Origin: an uncultured delta proteobacterium
GTDB taxonomy: Bacteria; Myxococcota; UBA727; VGSZ01
Reading direction: 5' to 3'
Assembly (NCBI GenBank): GCA_963775425.1
Contig: CAVZJB010000004.1
Span: forward strand, 384,001 to 448,000
Length of the DNA: 64,000 nucleotides
The notes beneath the pieces were generated by a model that saw only the letters and a list, made by a program, of their open reading frames with translations, was not told where the DNA came from and made no database searches. Shown here piece after piece: positions 60,659 to 64,000 of this stretch. Positions within the stretch are counted from its first letter, which is position 1, and each line of letters begins with the position of its first letter. The position numbers and the translations under genes were made by a program.

Positions 60659-61434
60659 TCGCAGCGCTCGTCGCCCTCGCGGTCGCCGGCGCGCCCGGTG
60701 TCGATGTCGCGAAGCGCACGGAGGCGCGCGCGTTCGCCGACGTCGACGCCCATCGGTGGTGCGACGCCATGGCGCTGTTCCTCGAAGCGAACGACCAGGC
60801 GCCCGCGCCCGGCCTGCTCCTCGACGCGGCGCACGCCGCCGAGCTCGCCGGCGACCGCAGGCGCGCCGCGGCGCTGTACGGCTCCGTCGACGACGCAGGC
60901 GCGGCCAACAGGCGGGCGACGCTGCTGCGGACGATCGCGCGCGAAGGCCCGGGCACGTCGTGCGCCGGGGGGACCGTCACCGCGGCCGACGACCACACGC
61001 CGGACGCACGCGCCCCCGACGTCGCGCCCCCGCCCGATGACGAGGCGGGCGCACGTGACGACGGTGCCGCCGCGGTCGATGCGCACGCCGGCCGCGGCAA
61101 GCATCACGCGCGTCACCGCAGGCGGCACCCGCGGCCCGTCGACGCGCACCGCGTCGAGCAAGCGCCGCCGTCGAACGGGCCATGGGGCTTCGCCGCGCTC
61201 GGTGCCGGCGGCGCGGGGATGCTGGTCGGCGTCGTCCTCGTCGGCGTCGGCGGCGAGCCCTGGGTCGCGTCGAGCACGGCGCCGGAGGGCAGCGCGGGGC
61301 GCGCGCAGCGCTCGAGCGGCGCCTACCGCTTCGACGCCTACGGCAAGGGCGTCCTCGCCGGCGGCGGCGCGCTCCTCGCGGCCTCCGCCGTCGCGCTCGC
61401 GGGCGGCGCCGTGCTCCTCCGCGGCGAGGAGTGA
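60655..61434 (+). CDS. Exported TPR-like protein with C-terminal TM hairpin (kinase-associated)
   Basis: ATGA overlap with the kinase stop; A..LF.EA...AP.P.LL.DAA.A TPR-like segment; two C-terminal hydrophobic segments. Confidence 0.7.
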
Positions 61435-61485
61435 GGCCCCGCGGGGGCCCCGCGCCGTTCGCGGCGTCCGCTCCGTCGGCGGCGC

Positions 61486-61896
61486 GTAGGGCGGTGAGCG
61501 GTGCGGTGCCCTCCGACGCGCCCCACGAGGGGGCGCCCTACCTGCGGGAAGACGTCGTCGTCACGACGAACGCCGGCCCGCCGTGAGTGTGATCCATCGG
61601 GAACGCGCGGGACGGAACGGTGCGGTGCCCTCCGACGCGCCCCACGAGGGGCGCCCTACGTGCGGGAAGACGTCGTCGTCAACGACGAACGCCGGCCCGC
61701 CGTGAATGTCGGAACGCCGCTGAGCTCAAGGGTCGACGGGAGCCGCACCGTCGATGCGGCGCGTGCGTGCCCGGGGCCTGGCCGACGCGTGCGGCGACGA
61801 CGGCGCCGGCCGTCGCCCCGATGCGAGGAAGGCGGCAAGACGTCGTCGTCAGCGACGAACGCCGTCCCGCCGTGAATGTCGGAACGCCGTCAGCTC
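61486..61896. repeat. REP/REPIN-like cluster between convergent genes
   Basis: Two ~90-bp direct repeats (61499-61590, 61618-61709), each with minus-strand GTAGGGCGCCCC(C)TCGTGGGGCGC; third copy of the ~43-bp core at 61837-61879; plus-strand GTAGGGCG at 61486. Confidence 0.8.
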
Positions 61897-62122
61897 AGCG
61901 GGTGACTTCGCGCCGGAGGAGGTAGCCGAACAGCAGCAGGTGGACGTGGCGGGCGCGGGTGGCGTCGTCGTCGTCGGGGAATTGTGCGCGGGCGACGGCC
62001 TTCATGACCCCGAGCATCTCGTTGCCGACCTCGCTCGCGATGAGCGCGTCGAGCTCCTCGCCGCTCAGGCTCTGGACCGTCTGCAGCGCGGCGAGCGCGC
62101 GCTTGTCGTCGGGGGCGGCCAC
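61895..62122 (-). CDS. Small hypothetical helical protein (75 aa)
   Basis: GTG directly abuts the GH13 stop; GGAGG upstream; coding-like codon bias. Confidence 0.7.
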   Translation of the reverse strand: MAAPDDKRALAALQTVQSLSGEELDALIASEVGNEMLGVMKAVARAQFPDDDDATRARHVHLLLFGYLLRREVTR

Positions 62123-64000
62123 TCAGGCCTCCTCGAGCGCGAGGACCTGCACCTCGTAGGGCGCGAGCTTCGCGAACAGGCCACGCGCCTTGAGGTCGCG
62201 GCCGAGCACGGGCGCCGGCCAGAGCGCTTTGTTCGGGTCGTCGGCCATCAGGTCGCGCACCTGGTAGCGCTTGTCGTCGTCGATCGAGAGCCCGTCGACG
62301 CGAAACACGTTCTCGCGCGTCTCCGTGTTCGACAGGTTCGCCAGCACGAACGCTGTGCTCGAGCGAGCGTCGGGGAAGCGCGCCATGGCCAGGAGCGCGT
62401 CGTCGGCGCCCCCGCTCTGCGGCCGAAGCCACGCACGGTTGTCGTCGTGCAACGCGGGGAGCGTTTTGCGCGCGCGACCGGCGCGCGCGATGACCTCGGC
62501 CATCTTCTTCCCTGCGGTGTCGGCGGCCCGCAGCGCGGCGACGCCTCGGTACTGCTTGAACGGGATCTGCGTGCGCTCGCCGAGGTCGTCGCCGGCGACG
62601 CGCGAGGTGGGCCCGCCGAAGAGCTGCAGGAGCGCCTCGAGCCGCGCGCTCGCCTGGTGGTTGTCCCCGAGGCACACCAGCGGCCGCGTCTCGTCGTGCG
62701 ACGACAGGCTCAACAGGTCGTGGAACCACGGGTCCTCGACGATGTGCTCGAAGTCCTCCGGGCGGTGCGCGCCGAGCAGGTTGTGGAACCAGCCCCCCTG
62801 CCCCGCGTCGAGGAAGTGCCGCGTCTTGTCGTTGGTGTGGAAGTCCTCGCCGAAGAAGAACAGGGTCTTTCCCGGCGCGTGCGCGTCGACGTCGGCCTGC
62901 ACGCGATTGACCGCGCCCTCGAGCATGGCCTCGGGCAGCCCCGTGAGGTGGTCGAGGCGGAAGCCGTCGACGCCGGCGTCCACGGCCCAGAAGCGCAGGA
63001 TGCGCTCGAGCCAGCCCTGCACCGCCTTGTTCTCGTCTGTGGGGACGCCGTCCCACCAGTGATAGCCCCAGCGAAAGCGGCCGTGGTTGAGCTGCGCGGT
63101 GTCCGGCCACTCCCACCAGCCGCCCGGCGCCTTGTCGTCGGCGGTGCGCGCGCCGTGGGGGTCCAGGTCCTTGTTGCCGTACATCCAGGGCGCCACGTAC
63201 TCCATGTAGTCGGGCACGCTCGGGTCCTGCAGCCTCTTGTCGACGACCTTGAGCTGCTCGGGGCTCACCACCACCTGCGCGAAGTCGTCCTTGCGCACCT
63301 CGCGGACCTCGTGGCCGGCGGCGTCCCTCTCGACGAAGAGGTCACGGAACTCGTAGTTGTGCCCGACGTGGTTGAGGGCGACGTCGAGGTAGACCTGCAC
63401 GCCGAGCTCGTGCGCCTTGCTCACGAAGCGCTTGAATTCCTCGAGGGCCGCCGTGCGCGCCTGCTCCTCGGTGCCGCCCTTCGCGATCACCGCGCGGGCG
63501 TCGCGCGACAGCTCGGAGCGGATGGAGAAGTAGTCCTTCACGGCGTACGGGCTGCCGGCGTCGTCGACGGCGGGGCGCTGGTCCCACTTGCTGACCTTGA
63601 ACGGCGGCATGATCCACAGCGCGTTGACGCCGCGGTCGACGAGGCCCTCCAGGGTGTACTCGCCCTTCGCCTCCATCATGTCGGCGAAGGTGCCGGGGAG
63701 CTTGTTTTGTGCGTCGAAGTTGACGTTGCCGACGGCGACCTCCTCGATGGCGAGGTCGTCGAAGCGCTCGTCGCGCGGACGGAACCGGACGTCGCCGATG
63801 CCGCTTTGCCCCATCCACTGCCAGCTCTTGCCGTCGTCGACGGAGACGCGGCCGACGGCGCGGTAGTTGCCGACGCGGTTCACGGGCAGGTCGAGCGTGA
63901 AGCGCGCGTGGCCGCCGCCGGCGCCCGCCGGGCGCATGGGCACGGCGTGGAACGTGTCGGGGGCGGCGTTGTCGTCGGCGTTGGTCCACACCTCCGCCTT
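62123..64000 (-). CDS. GH13 alpha-amylase family glycoside hydrolase, 5'-truncated
   Basis: GSPYAVKDY, DVALNH, GVDGFRLD, GED, SHDE conserved regions; frame open to the window edge. Confidence 0.9.
   Translation of the reverse strand, partial: KAEVWTNADDNAAPDTFHAVPMRPAGAGGGHARFTLDLPVNRVGNYRAVGRVSVDDGKSWQWMGQSGIGDVRFRPRDERFDDLAIEEVAVGNVNFDAQNKLPGTFADMMEAKGEYTLEGLVDRGVNALWIMPPFKVSKWDQRPAVDDAGSPYAVKDYFSIRSELSRDARAVIAKGGTEEQARTAALEEFKRFVSKAHELGVQVYLDVALNHVGHNYEFRDLFVERDAAGHEVREVRKDDFAQVVVSPEQLKVVDKRLQDPSVPDYMEYVAPWMYGNKDLDPHGARTADDKAPGGWWEWPDTAQLNHGRFRWGYHWWDGVPTDENKAVQGWLERILRFWAVDAGVDGFRLDHLTGLPEAMLEGAVNRVQADVDAHAPGKTLFFFGEDFHTNDKTRHFLDAGQGGWFHNLLGAHRPEDFEHIVEDPWFHDLLSLSSHDETRPLVCLGDNHQASARLEALLQLFGGPTSRVAGDDLGERTQIPFKQYRGVAALRAADTAGKKMAEVIARAGRARKTLPALHDDNRAWLRPQSGGADDALLAMARFPDARSSTAFVLANLSNTETRENVFRVDGLSIDDDKRYQVRDLMADDPNKALWPAPVLGRDLKARGLFAKLAPYEVQVLALEEA

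Noticed and set aside
61499-61896. CRISPR array
   Set aside because: Only 2-3 degenerate copies, irregular spacing (118 and 170 bp between cores), duplicated 'spacer' sequence, no cas genes.

Overview
Very GC-rich window, most likely from a Myxococcota genome (Glt gliding genes, a MYXO-CTERM-like signal, a TIGR04552-like gene). All family calls come from motif reading and remembered family sequences; no searches were run. (1) 1-13 kb accessory block: a 5'-truncated surface protein carrying an internal MYXO-CTERM-like segment, a second lipobox and two CXXCH motifs; a PhoB/PhoR-like pair; several lipoproteins with (Gly-Glu)n tracts; a repeat-containing outer-membrane barrel; and a tightly coupled four-gene operon encoding an exported protein, an EcfT+EcfS-like fusion with no ATPase gene, and both molybdenum storage protein subunits (MosA/MosB-like). 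That operon is the best candidate for an undescribed system. (2) 13-45 kb: an apparently complete Glt cluster in one locus (gltK divergent; two gltA/B-type barrels, gltC, D, E, F, F', G, G', H, I, J), with a one-base frameshift in the ~4.2k-aa gltI. (3) 45-64 kb: two VWA proteins (one frameshifted), DUF192, gamma-carbonic-anhydrase-like gene, a large toxin/translocon-like protein, SDR, receiver domain, proS, ferredoxin-MBL fusion, Ser/Thr kinase, a GTAG-type REP cluster and a 5'-truncated GH13 enzyme. No rRNA, tRNA or CRISPR array was recognised.
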